From NCBI RefSeq assembly GCF_028641065.1, contig NC_073392.1:10912001-10976000 (forward strand): DNA of 64,000 nt. The letters run 5' to 3'. Source of the DNA: Leucoraja erinacea (taxonomy: Eukaryota). Under the pieces are notes generated by a model. That model did not search any database, was not told the origin of the DNA, and was given only the letters and a program-made list of their open reading frames with translations. Shown piece after piece: positions 37,855 to 49,121 of the stretch; position 1 is the stretch's first letter; the number at the start of each line of letters is the position of its first letter. A program made the position numbers and the translations under genes.

Positions 37855-38603
37855 AAGACCTAGCTTCAATCCTGACCTCGGGTGCCGTTTTTGTGAAGTT
37901 CGCACGTTCTTCCTGTGACCGCGTGGGTTTTCTTCATAGAAACATAGAAATTAGGGCAGGAGTAGGCCATTCGGCCCTTCGAGCCTGCACCGCCATTCAA
38001 TATGATCATGGCTGATCATCCACTCAGTATCCCGTACCTGCCTTCTCTCCATACCCCCTGATCCCCTTAGCCACAAGGGCCACATCTAACTCCCTCTTAA
38101 ATATAGCCAATGAACTGGCCTCAACTACCCTCTGTGGCAGAGAGTTCCAGAGATTCACCACTATCTGCGTGAAAAAAGTTCTTCTCATCTCGGTTTTAAA
38201 GGATTTCCCCTTTATCCTTAAGCTGTGACCCCTTGTCCTGGACTTCCCTAACATCGGGAACAATCTTCCTGCATCTAGCCTGTCCAACCCCTTAAGAATT
38301 TTGTAAGTTTCTATAAGATCCCCTCTCAATCTTCTAAATTCTAGAGAGTATAAACCAAGTCTATCCAGTCTTTCTTCATAAGACAGTCCTGACATCCCAG
38401 GAATCAGTCTGGTGAACCGTCTTCGGGTGCTCTGGCTTCCTACCACATCCCAAAGACGTGGGAGTGTACAGGTTAATTGCTTTCTGCAAATTAGCCCGAG
38501 TGTGGAGGCGAGTGGATGAGAAAACGGGATAACATGGAACTAGTATTAACGGGTGATCGATGGGCCGAAGGGTCTGTTTCCATGCTGTATCTCTAAACTA
38601 AAG
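37855..38603 (+). mobile_element. tRNA-derived V-SINE (HE1-like) split by a CR1 insertion
   Basis: Degenerate B box gcttcaatcc; V-domain gttcgcacgttcttcctgtgaccgcgtgggttttcttc|gggtgctctggcttcctaccacatcccaaagacg; tail gggccgaagggtctgtttccatgctgtatctctaaactaaa. Confidence 0.8.
37936..38419 (-). mobile_element. Young CR1 3' fragment with TCTTC target-site duplication
   Basis: Nearly identical to 29986-30473; TCTTC at 37931-37935 and 38420-38424. Confidence 0.92.
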
Positions 38604-39066
38604 TGAATGACTCTGTTCCTCACACCACTGATGCTGCCTGGCATGTTTCTCTATTTTCCTTTTTTTTTTAGTATGTTACACACTCACCGGCAATCATCAA
38701 CATGTATGTTTAGTAACACCAGAGCCTGATAGATGAAATATTTCAAAACTGTAAAACATGGGATTAGCTTCCAGGTTTGTCGGCTGGAAATCTTTTGGCA
38801 TTCCATGAAGCCCACCTCGCGAATGTATTAGAGCTACAGCGAAATAGTCTATAGGGGGTGTATGTGTATTAACTACATGACGGGAGACCTCAAGCAGAGC
38901 AGAGTCACAGCTGTTTGCAAACTGGCATTGAATAGGCTGATTTTGTCCAATTGTTTGTGTCAGAGCTAACAGATTATTCGTATTCGCCTGCCATAGTCCT
39001 ATTCATATATTCCCGTTGCTCTTTGGGTGTCGGCTGCAAATCCTAACAAAAAAAATGGATTAACAA

Positions 39067-39270
39067 GGAACTGCAGATGCTGATTTATACCAAAGATCGA
39101 CGCAGAATGCTGGAGTAACTCAGCGGGTCAAGCAGCATCGCTTGAGAACATGGATAGGCGACGTTTTCGGATCTAAAGAAGGGTTCCGATCAGAAACATC
39201 GCGTATCCATGTTCTCTAGGGATGCTGCCTGACCCCGCCGAGTTACTCCAGCATCTTTGTATCTTCCTTT
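39067..39270. mobile_element. Inverted pair of Penelope-derived short elements
   Basis: tgctggagtaactcagcgggtcaagcagcatc...gatgctgcctgaccccgccgagttactccagca. Confidence 0.7.
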
Positions 39271-39799
39271 AAATGTAAAATGGATCCATTGTTGAATGAT
39301 TCTTTGTACTAACAAAAAGAGCACCATGCCAAGGATTAAACATAAGAAAAGATGGGCAATGATTTTGTTTCTTAATTCAAGCCGAAATTCACCCCCCCGC
39401 CCTCCTCCACACCCTTCCCAGTGGAATACAAGCAGTGTGGTAACTGCAATTAAGCCATCATTGTCACCCGAACAGTGAACGTTCGCTGCTGTGTGTTTGT
39501 GTGCTAGTGATTACTATGCTTTACTATAGAAATGATGCAGCACAGAACAAAATGTAACGGCACACTCTCCCATCTGTATAATTCACGCATGGGTGATTGT
39601 GATTTACTGTAAAGCGAGTCCAGAAAATCGAATCTACTGGGGTTATAATGATATCATCATCAACAACACAAAAAAAATTGTATTGGAACTAACATATAAC
39701 GAGCTCTGCAATAATGCAGGAATGGTTTTACATTTACAGTCCCCCACCCACCCGAAACAAAATCCAAATGTAGGAGACCACAGGGGTCTGTCTCTCTTA

Positions 39800-40841
39800 A
39801 TGCTGATGTATGCGGGCTAGTGCCAGTCACATTAGGGGTACGACAGTGGACAGAAGGCAGCACGGAACAACGAGCCTGCTTTGCCAGGGGGGAGTCAGGG
39901 GAGGGAGGAGGTGGGGGGATGAAATCCTCGCACAGTGCAGCAGGGAACTTGCGCAGTTGGAGAGGAAGGACTGGATTTTTTCCCTCTTCTCTTCATGCAA
40001 GTGAAAGCTCGGTGAACCGTGCTGGCCAGATGGCGGGGCTGATGGATTTAACCAGCTCAAAACAAAAGGATTGAGATTTTTTGGAAAAAAATATATATAA
40101 ATTTTTTTTAAAAAGGGGGCTGGGGGAAAAAAAGGAGCTGTCATCGTCTGCGCAGGCTCACTTTAACCCTAAAGACATTTTCTGTTAGCACTCACCGGAA
40201 GTTCAGCTCCCTGCCACGGCTGGAGAAGACGAGGTATTTTTATTTATTAGTATTTTTACCTGGCCTGGGGATTGTGTTTGTCTGTGTTGCGGGTTCGTTT
40301 GACAACGTCCTTTGAGGCGACGGCGGCGGCTGCTGGACAGGAGGGGAGGGGAGGGGAGGGGGGTGGAAACAGGAGACCCGAGGCATCGACTGTGAGACTT
40401 CATCCAATGTCTCCTGTTCTTGTTTCAGAAATGATTGGTCTTCAGGGTGGATGAGAAACAAAAAAAAAGAGGAAAAGATCTCCCTGACTCCCCCCGCTCC
40501 CTCCCTCCCTCCCCCCCCCCCCCTCCCTCCACCACCCCATCCACACACACACACACACCAAAAAAAAACATTGTGACGGCCGCCTCTCCCCCTCACCCCT
40601 CCTTCCCGCTCCCACCTCCCACCCCCTTCATCGCCGCAACGACTGTTGTTACACAATGAGGATTAAAAAGAACTTTGTGGTCTGTGGGGTCTGCCCTTTC
40701 CGATGGAAATGGAGACGCTGAGGTGCTGAGGGTGAGGATCGAGGCTGTCACCCCCCAACCCCCCCCCCCCCCCACCCCCCCCTCCTCCTCCTCCTCCTCC
40801 TCCCTCCCTCCTTCCCCTTCTCCCGTCTCATGCTCGTCTCG
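39800..40841 (+). promoter_or_regulatory. GC-rich promoter / 5' leader region of the GPCR gene
   Basis: Repeat-free, GC- and CpG-enriched, with G-runs (40341-40366), C-runs and several upstream ATGs directly 5' of the CDS. Confidence 0.55.
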
Positions 40842-41957
40842 ATGGCGAACGCCAGCGAGCTCGAAGAGACCAACAGCTCTCTTCAGAATTACGCCATCAC
40901 CGCGTCGGCCGTCAAGCTGGCTTCCCTGGGTTTGATCATCTGCATCAGCCTGACCGGCAACCTGCTGCTCTCCTTCCTGCTCTTCAAAGAGCCGAGCCTG
41001 CACCGGGCTCCTTATTACTTTCTGCTCGATCTGTGCCTGGCCGACATCGTGCGCTCGCTGCTCTGTTTCCCGTTCGTCATGATCTCCATCAGCAGCGGCT
41101 CGGCGTGGACCTACAGTCTGCTCAGCTGCAAGATCATCGCCTTCGCCGCCGTCCTCTTCTGCTTCCACGCCGCCTTCATGATGTTCTGCATTAGCATCAC
41201 CCGCTACATGGCCATCGCCCACCACCGCTTCTACTCCAAGCGAATGACGGTGTGGACTTGCGTGGCGGTCATCTGCATGGTGTGGACTCTCTCCGTGGCC
41301 ATGGCCTTCCCGCCAGTTTTCGATGTAGGCACTTACAAGTTCATTCGCGGGGAAGAGCAGTGCATCTTCGAGCACCGCTACGTGAAGGCCAACGACACCC
41401 TGGGCTTCATGCTGATGCTGGCGGTCATCATCGCCGCCACACATATGGTCTACGTCAAGCTCATCTTCTTCGTCTACGACCATCGCAAGATGAAGCCGGC
41501 GCAGTTGATCCCGGCCATCAGCCAAAACTGGACGTTTCACGGGCCGGGAGCGACGGGCCAAGCGGCCGCCAACTGGATCGCGGGCTTCGGCAGAGGTCCC
41601 ACGCCGCCCACCCTAGTGGGGATCAGACAGACCACGCATAACCAGAACAAGAGACTGCTCGTCTTGGATGAGTTCAAAATGGAAAAGAGAATAGGCAGGA
41701 TGTTCTACATCATAACCGTGCTCTTCCTGCTGTTGTGGTCGCCATATATAGTCGCATGTTACCTGAGGGTCTTTGTCAAAGCCAGTACCATCCCTCAGGT
41801 GTACCTGACCGCCGCAGTCTGGATGACATTTGCCCAGGCGGGAGTCAACCCGATCTTGTGCTTTATCTTCAACAAAGAGCTGAGGATTTGCTTCAGAACC
41901 CACTTCCCTTGTTTTCAAAGCACACAGACGCCTAGGGAAGCTTACTGCGTTATTTAA
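40842..41957 (+). CDS. GPR27: SREB-family orphan class A GPCR, most like GPR27 (SREB1); single coding exon, 371 aa
   Basis: Seven hydrophobic segments and SREB signatures LHRAPYYFLLDLC, TRYMAIAHHRFY, WTFHGPGATGQAAANWIAGFGRGPTPP. MANASE N-terminus, YLRV...PQVYLTAAVWMTFAQAG and FPCFQS favour GPR27 over GPR85/GPR173. An in-frame ATG at 40830 adds 4 aa. Confidence 0.9.
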   Translation: MANASELEETNSSLQNYAITASAVKLASLGLIICISLTGNLLLSFLLFKEPSLHRAPYYFLLDLCLADIVRSLLCFPFVMISISSGSAWTYSLLSCKIIAFAAVLFCFHAAFMMFCISITRYMAIAHHRFYSKRMTVWTCVAVICMVWTLSVAMAFPPVFDVGTYKFIRGEEQCIFEHRYVKANDTLGFMLMLAVIIAATHMVYVKLIFFVYDHRKMKPAQLIPAISQNWTFHGPGATGQAAANWIAGFGRGPTPPTLVGIRQTTHNQNKRLLVLDEFKMEKRIGRMFYIITVLFLLLWSPYIVACYLRVFVKASTIPQVYLTAAVWMTFAQAGVNPILCFIFNKELRICFRTHFPCFQSTQTPREAYCVI

Positions 41958-42823
41958 AAGGACATCTCGAAGAGTAAAAAGCCACCGCCTTTGTTTTTCT
42001 TAACTTAAACAAAAAAACAAATCCGCTGAGGGGGAACTCATAATAATAATAATGTATGTGCAGGCGTTTGGCGGATTAATCTTTGTCACAGAACAGTCAA
42101 CTGCACTGGTTTCTGTTTACATTGAAGAAGTACGAGACGCTGAGTCAAGTGTTTTGAAGACAAGCCAATTTCTCTGGAATACGAATTCATGGAGGCCACT
42201 TTATATTAGCATCTCTCGCGTTGTCTTCACGGTGGCTCCAGTTTGATACAAATTTTACTGATTGCTTAAAAAAAAAGTATTGATCAGGGAATTCAAACAC
42301 CAATAAGCACTTTTCCCAATCTCAGAGTGTTTTACAATAAATGAATTTAATATTTGTGCGCTAGTTGTGCTGCCCTTTACACAGGGCAGAGAATTATTAA
42401 TAATATCCAGAAGAAAACAAGGCAACTGGAGTGTAAAAATTGTACAAATCATTATTTCAGTGACACTTTTCACCCTTCCCACTCCAATTTAAGAACTTTG
42501 TATGATTGTATTTTCTTTTTGATATTTTCTTAGCTTGTTTCTCTGCATTGTAATATACTGAAGAAAATGTTTTGACCGTTAAACATTACTTTTTGCAATT
42601 TCATATCTTAATGTGCATTTTACAAACTGTCTTTGAAAAACAAATGTCAATTTTACATTTCTTTCTCTAGCAGAATATAAATGTCTAGTAGTGTTAGCTG
42701 TAGTTATTGTCATACAAAGTTAACAAATTAGTAAGTTATGCTGTACTCATCATTTGATTGATTCAAGATGGTAGCTCTTTTTCTCGTTTTACATTCCCAC
42801 GGCCAGTTCCCAAAAATCCCCTC

Positions 42824-44372
42824 TGACGGTGTTGGACTTGCGTGGCGGTCATCTGCATGGTGTGGACTCTGCCATGGCCTTCCCGCCAGTTTTCGATGTA
42901 GGCACTTACAAGTTCATTCGCGGGGAAGAGCAGTGCATCTTCGAGCACCGCTACGTGAAGGCCAACGACACCCTGGGCTTCATGCTGATGCTGGCGGTCA
43001 TCATCGCCGCCACACATATGGTCTACGTCAAGCTCATCTTCTTCGTCTACGACCATCGCAAGATGAAGCCGGCGCAGTTGATCCCGGCCATCAGCCAAAA
43101 CTGGACGTTTCACGGGCCGGGAGCGACGGGCCAAGCGGCCGCCAACTGGATCGCGGGCTTCGGCAGAGGTCCCACGCCGCCCACCCTAGTGGGGATCAGA
43201 CAGACCACGCATAACCAGAACAAGAGACTGCTCGTCTTGGATGAGTTCAAAATGGAAAAGAGAATAGGCAGGATGTTCTACATCATAACCGTGCTCTTCC
43301 TGCTGTTGTGGTCGCCATATATAGTCGCATGTTACCTGAGGGTCTTTGTCAAAGCCAGTACCATCCCTCAGGTGTACCTGACCGCCGCAGTCTGGATGAC
43401 ATTTGCCCAGGCGGGAGTCAACCCGATCTTGTGCTTTATCTTCAACAAAGAGCTGAGGATTTGCTTCAGAACCCACTTCCCTTGTTTTCAAAGCACACAG
43501 ACGCCTAGGGAAGCTTACTGCGTTATTTAAAAGGACATCTCGAAGAGTAAAAAGCCACCGCCTTTGTTTTTCTTAAGTTAAACAAAAAAAACAAATCCGC
43601 TGAGGGGGAACTCATAATAATAATAATGTATGTGCAGGCGTTTGGCGGATTAATCTTTGTCACAGAACAGTCAACTGCACTGGTTTCTGTTTACATTGAA
43701 GAAGTACGAGACGCTGAGTCAAGTGTTTTGAAGACAAGCCAATTTCTCTGGAATACGAATTCATGGAGGCCACTTTATATTAGCATCTCTCGCGTTGTCT
43801 ACACGGTGGCTCCAGTTTGATACAAATTTTACTGATTGCTTAAAAAAAAGTATTGATCAGGGAATTCAAACACCAATAAGCACTTTTCCCAATCTCAGAG
43901 TGTTTTACAATAAATGAATTTAATATTTGTGCGCTAGTTGTGCTGCCCATTACACAGGGCAGAGAATTATTAATAATATCCAGAAGAAAACAAGGCAACT
44001 GGAGTGTAAAAATTGTACAAATCATTATTTCAGTGACACTTTTCACCCTTCCCACTCCAATTTAAGAACTTTGTATGATTGTATTTTCTTTTTGATATTT
44101 TCTTAGCTTGTTTCTCTGCATTGTAATATACTGAAGAAAATGTTTTGACCGTTAAACATTACTTTTTGCAATTTCATATCTTAATGTGCATTTTACAAAC
44201 TGTCTTTGAAAAACAAATGTCAATTTTACATTTCTTTCTCTAGCAGAATATAAATGTCTAGTAGTGTTAGCTGTAGTTATTGTCATACAAAGTTAACAAA
44301 TTAGTAAGTTATGCTGTACTCATCATTTGATTGATTCAAGATGGTAGCTCTTTTTCTCTTGTACATTTCCAC
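42824..44372 (+). pseudogene. GPR27: Tandem partial duplicate of GPR27 (TM4 to stop plus 3'UTR); probable assembly artefact
   Basis: Copy of 41245-~42800 at offset 1573 (stop 41957 vs 43530). CDS part identical from AMAFPP onward; lacks start and TM1-3; indels cluster at the junction. Confidence 0.85.
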
Positions 44373-44386
44373 TGTTTTTACTTGAA

Positions 44387-44392
44387 AATAAA
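44387..44392 (+). terminator. Candidate polyadenylation signal for GPR27
   Basis: AATAAA with upstream TGTA (44360) and downstream T-rich tract; another AATAAA lies at 42336-42341. Confidence 0.45.
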
Positions 44393-47300
44393 TTTATTAA
44401 GCAGAAGGGTAGTTTTTCTCTTCACAGTGAAAAATCAAATTAATGGATCTCGTTTAACCTATTTTGGGTGTTTTGGTAAGAGTTACAATCAATTGCAGTA
44501 AAAGGTACTTAAGAGGAACAGAAGCTGAAGGACTAAGTCTCATCAAGATTGACAATGATGAGTAAAAATGTGTATGTTGTTGAAAGAAGGGAACCATATC
44601 CAAGAAACTATTGAACATCATATGAGATGAAGAGAAAAAAAAATCACTTTTAAAGTGACATACGTTTCTTTTGCTAAATATTGGTTTAAATGGATGGCGG
44701 GATAGGCTTGAGGCTAGATGGCCTAATCCTGTTCCTATATTTCTTTCAAATAGCAGAGAAACTGGCAATGTTGGTGAAATGCAACTAAAACTACATCAGC
44801 TGCCAAACTGTTATGCAACAAATGACATCCAAAAATTACCTACAAATAGCAGGTAAATGCGGCCAAAATATAGATAATTTTGTGAGCCTGTCACTGGCAT
44901 TGGAATACAGATACTTGACTGGACAAGCGTTTTGGATCAGCATTCTACTAATTACCCCATACATGGGACAACAGCCTTGATATCAATGTGTTTTATTTAA
45001 TTGGGTTGTGCAACCTGCTAACCAACAGTGTAATATTCTGGAATGATACAACTCTGTCCCATAAGTTAGTGCAATTAAATTCATCATTTTCTTTTTGTTA
45101 ATGTGAAAATGAAAGGTAATCTTTCATACTGAAAACTATAGTTCTTTATTTGGCATGTTGGAACCCTGTCACAAAGTTGAAAAAAATAAAGGTTATGAAA
45201 ATACATTTTAAAATATACTGGAGACCTTTTATTACCCATCCAATTTACTACTTAAGTTTTGAATTGAAAAGTGGGTTGTGACATTGTGATGGTGAAACAA
45301 ATAATGGTGGGAAATAAATCTAAAGGTGCCAAAAAAGAACATATAATTGAGCAGACAAATCACAAAAATCAAACTGGTGCATTGAATCATACAGTATGGT
45401 TAAGTGATCAAATCTTCAGATGTGTTTAAATATCAGGTTACAATCATTGGGGACAATCTGAGCTGTTTCACTCTAAATGCCTATGACATAACTTGGTTTT
45501 ATTGTGATTAAAAAATGTTTTTCAAAAAAAACCTACTCAGTGAAATAATAAATAGTTTGATGTTTCTGGAATTCTATCATTTGATTATGTTCAGATATAC
45601 ATGAAATTAGTAAATTCTATAGTACAATATACATTAGCCAGCTTAACTATTATTTGAGATGCTGAATAAACCCAGTATAATAAACAATAATATACACAAT
45701 ATAAACCCAAATAAATAAAAGAGGTATAATTAATTATGCAGACTCTTTCCCCATAATAGGGAAATCTGCTGAACCCATGCATATACAGTACCCGTATGAA
45801 CCCTATAAATACCTCCCTCCCATTTGGGATCAGTTGTATTTCACATTTATCCATTGATGGAAGGTACGATATTTTAAGCAGAAATTGATGAATTCTTTCA
45901 GTGAGGGCCAATACAATCATGTAGTGAGATTTTAATGATTTCCTTGTTTACATTAAAGAGCTTTCACATTCCTCAAGATTGTTTGATAACTGAATTGAGA
46001 ATGTACTAAAAACACTTAAAGAAAGGTTGATTCGTGACTTGAAAATTCAGCAATCAGAATTCTAAAATTTCAGAAAATTGGTTGTTCAAATGTTAACAAA
46101 AATATAGATGTGCCATTTTGACGATAGACAGCTCGTCCAATTTTAGTGTGATTTTTTACTTAGTAATGAAATGATTTTCTCAATGGGCATGGCCAGACAT
46201 TTTATATGTCTTGTAATTGAAGATCACATTAACACTCATGGCAGATGTATTAAAAAATTTGCAAACTATGACTTAAGTAAATTGTAGTTTTCAATTAACT
46301 TGTTGGTGCATTGAGATAAAGAAAAAGCATTATCCATTCACTAAAATGACCAGAATCTGAATCCAAATCCAGACGAGCTGTGTCTTCTTTGCTGACCGCA
46401 GTGGTTATTTGAGAAATGATTGAGATTCTGATTAAGGGGGTGGTGCATTCATGAGTATAAATCTGTCAGCATTATTCAGTATAAGTTGCTTATATCACAC
46501 AGAAAGACCACAAGACTGACTGGTGTAGACAATGGAAAATATGCATGATGAATTTGATGGTTGTTAAATTTATAATCCTTACAATGTATACTTAAAAGAA
46601 AGAGAGTCAGGTGAATTTAATACTTTCATTACAACTTCCTATCAAAGTTATCTGGGAACTCATTGTTTGCATTTAAGAATTTATTAAATATCTAAATTAT
46701 GCCTTTCTCACAGTAATCAGATGGAACTATATCACTAGCTGTGAGTTAACCTCTTGTCAAATTATTAAAGAACACAACATAATTATGAACTACCATTTCT
46801 ACCTTTGCACACAATTATGCATATTGGTAAAATATCTTAAATACGGAACACCAGAGTGTGTAAGGCATTATTCAGATATCATTAACTGATATTTACAGGT
46901 ATATTTGTCTGGTATTCTAAAGTAATGTAACATTATCTGGAGGTTACTTCACTGCCATTTGATTTTAACCACACATCCAAACTTAACCTTTAAGGTCTGT
47001 AGAGGGCAGGTTGCCAGCTTTGAATATCTTTTGAAGATGAAATGAATTGATTATCCATATTATTTTAGCTTAACGTGAAGCAGTTTTAACAACAGTTCTT
47101 GAATATTATTCACCCTTGTCCTTTTGGGTTGGTTTCCTACAGTTGATGCTTTTTTTTTCTTGGATGCTCATTTTGATTGCCTAAGACAATGGAATCATGC
47201 AGCTCTATTTATAGATGATATATCTGTCCCCCTGGGCCTTCTGTCTCTCTTGGGAGATTCATCTTACATGGCAGTAGCTATTTCTGGAGTGGAATTATTT

Positions 47301-48224
47301 TTTCTTCTTGCCTGTATCTGAGTGTATATAACTATTTCTTCAAACTACTCAAGTCTGTGATCTCCTGACATGAATGATAAGTCAAAAGAGAATGAAAACA
47401 GCTGAACCAAACCTTTGTTTTTCATGGCTTTGCTTTCAAAGAAGTAAACATGTCTTATCTTCCATTCCACTCTCATGATCCTGAGGGAAACCATTTATTT
47501 TAAGGATTAACTTTTAAGTGCTATCACTTTCAACAGGTATTATTTAGACTTAATTTTACCAACAGTAAGGAATTACATAAATTGGCTGGTAACACACTAT
47601 ATATATTCTCAATATTTCATAACAAGGACAGAGAATGCTTGTGATATTTTTCAGTCAAACATTACTATCTCTAAATTGGTAACCCTTTCAATTTAGGTCC
47701 CCAACCTGTTTTGAGGTCTTAATTGTCCCACTGTGCATTATTGATGTATTGATGTTCTTTCTGTTTTCCAGGAATTGCGAGGTGATTAAAAATCTCACTT
47801 TATGGCTAATTCCTTATAATATTGCTCAGGGCAAAATGTATAGATATTTATATTTGTTTTTAAGAGACTGTTTTGAAATTGAGCGATGTTATGTCAAAAC
47901 TAATTAATTAACATTGGAATATGATAGATAGTACCAGAATCTGACAGTATTTGTACATTGGCATTTTCAATAATTTCAGTACTATGTTATGGAATATATT
48001 TGAGTCCATTTTTTTGTTAAGTACAATAGAAAAGCCAAAATCTTTATAGAAAGAAATTCTATCAGCAAATGGAGATGGGAATGATGATGTTAAAGAATTT
48101 ACAAGGTTATTTCTGATGTTGGTTCAAATAAATTCATTATACAATCAATTTTCCATTTCCAATATAAATCTACAAATTAAGCTTACTACTTTTCTTCATA
48201 AAATTGCAGTAAATATAATATATT

Positions 48225-48447
48225 TGTTAAAGGTAGACAAAATTGCTGGATAAACTCAGCGGGTACGGCAGCAATCTATGGAGTGAAGGAAATAGGCAAC
48301 GTTTCGGGCCGAAACCCATCTTTAGACCCTTCTTCGGCCCAAAACCTTGCCTATTTCCTTCGCTCCATAGATGCTGCCGTACCCGCTGTGTTTCTCCAGC
48401 AATTTTGTCTACCTTCGATTTTCCAGCATTTGCAGTTCCTTCTTGAA
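48225..48447. mobile_element. Inverted pair of Penelope-derived short elements
   Basis: cagcgggtacggcagcaatctatggagtgaaggaaataggcaa is mirrored by ttgcctatttccttcgctccatagatgctgccgtacccgctg. Confidence 0.75.
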
Positions 48448-48912
48448 CATATTTATGTTAAAATTTTGTTTGAAATTCACTTTTGCGGATTGCAATTAAA
48501 ATTTTCCCTGTGCCAATTAAAGTATCAGATGAACTTTTATGTGCACACTGTTTCTTACATGAAAAACAACTTTTGTTTGTTACAGCTCTACCTGCAACAT
48601 AGTTGAAAATCCTTGGTGTCCTACATGGATCATTGGTTAATTATCCTTCAGATATGATGCAAGAATTAACATGGCATTATTTTGAGGACCAAGAGATAGT
48701 ATTGAATGATATAGTGCCACTCATGGTCTCAGATTACTACCTATAAGCCACTTACCAAGTGGTTTATAGGTAGTAAAATTCATTTTGAAATATTATGTCT
48801 GAGAGAATGGAACAATGAGATAATGATCAGAACATATTTTTGATACAAAATCAGCAAAGCTTTTCCAAGTGTCTTGGATAATACCAAAATAAATGATATG
48901 ATATTAGGTATT

Positions 48913-49121
48913 GTTTAAGAAGGAACTGCAGATGCTGGAAAAATCAAAAGTAAGCAAAAAATGCTGGAGAAACTCAGCGGGTGAGACAGCATCTATGGAG
49001 AAAAGGAGTTGGCGACGTTTTGGGTCGAGACCCTTCTTCAGACTGGCACGAAACGTTGCCTACTCCTTTTCGCCATCAATGCTGCCTCACCCACTGAGTT
49101 TCTCCAGCATTTTTTGTCTAC
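48913..49121. mobile_element. Inverted pair of Penelope-derived short elements
   Basis: aaaaaatgctggagaaactcagcgggtgagacagcat is mirrored by atgctgcctcacccactgagtttctccagcatttttt; hammerhead-like motif at the centre. Confidence 0.75.

Noticed and set aside
40593-41561. 322-aa antisense ORF over GPR27 (and its partial copy at 42763-43134)
   Set aside because: Shadow ORF produced by GC-rich codon usage of the sense gene; no recognisable domain.
42829-43530. 233-aa ORF as a second GPCR paralogue
   Set aside because: Identical to the C-terminal part of the upstream gene, non-ATG frameshifted start, lacks TM1-3.
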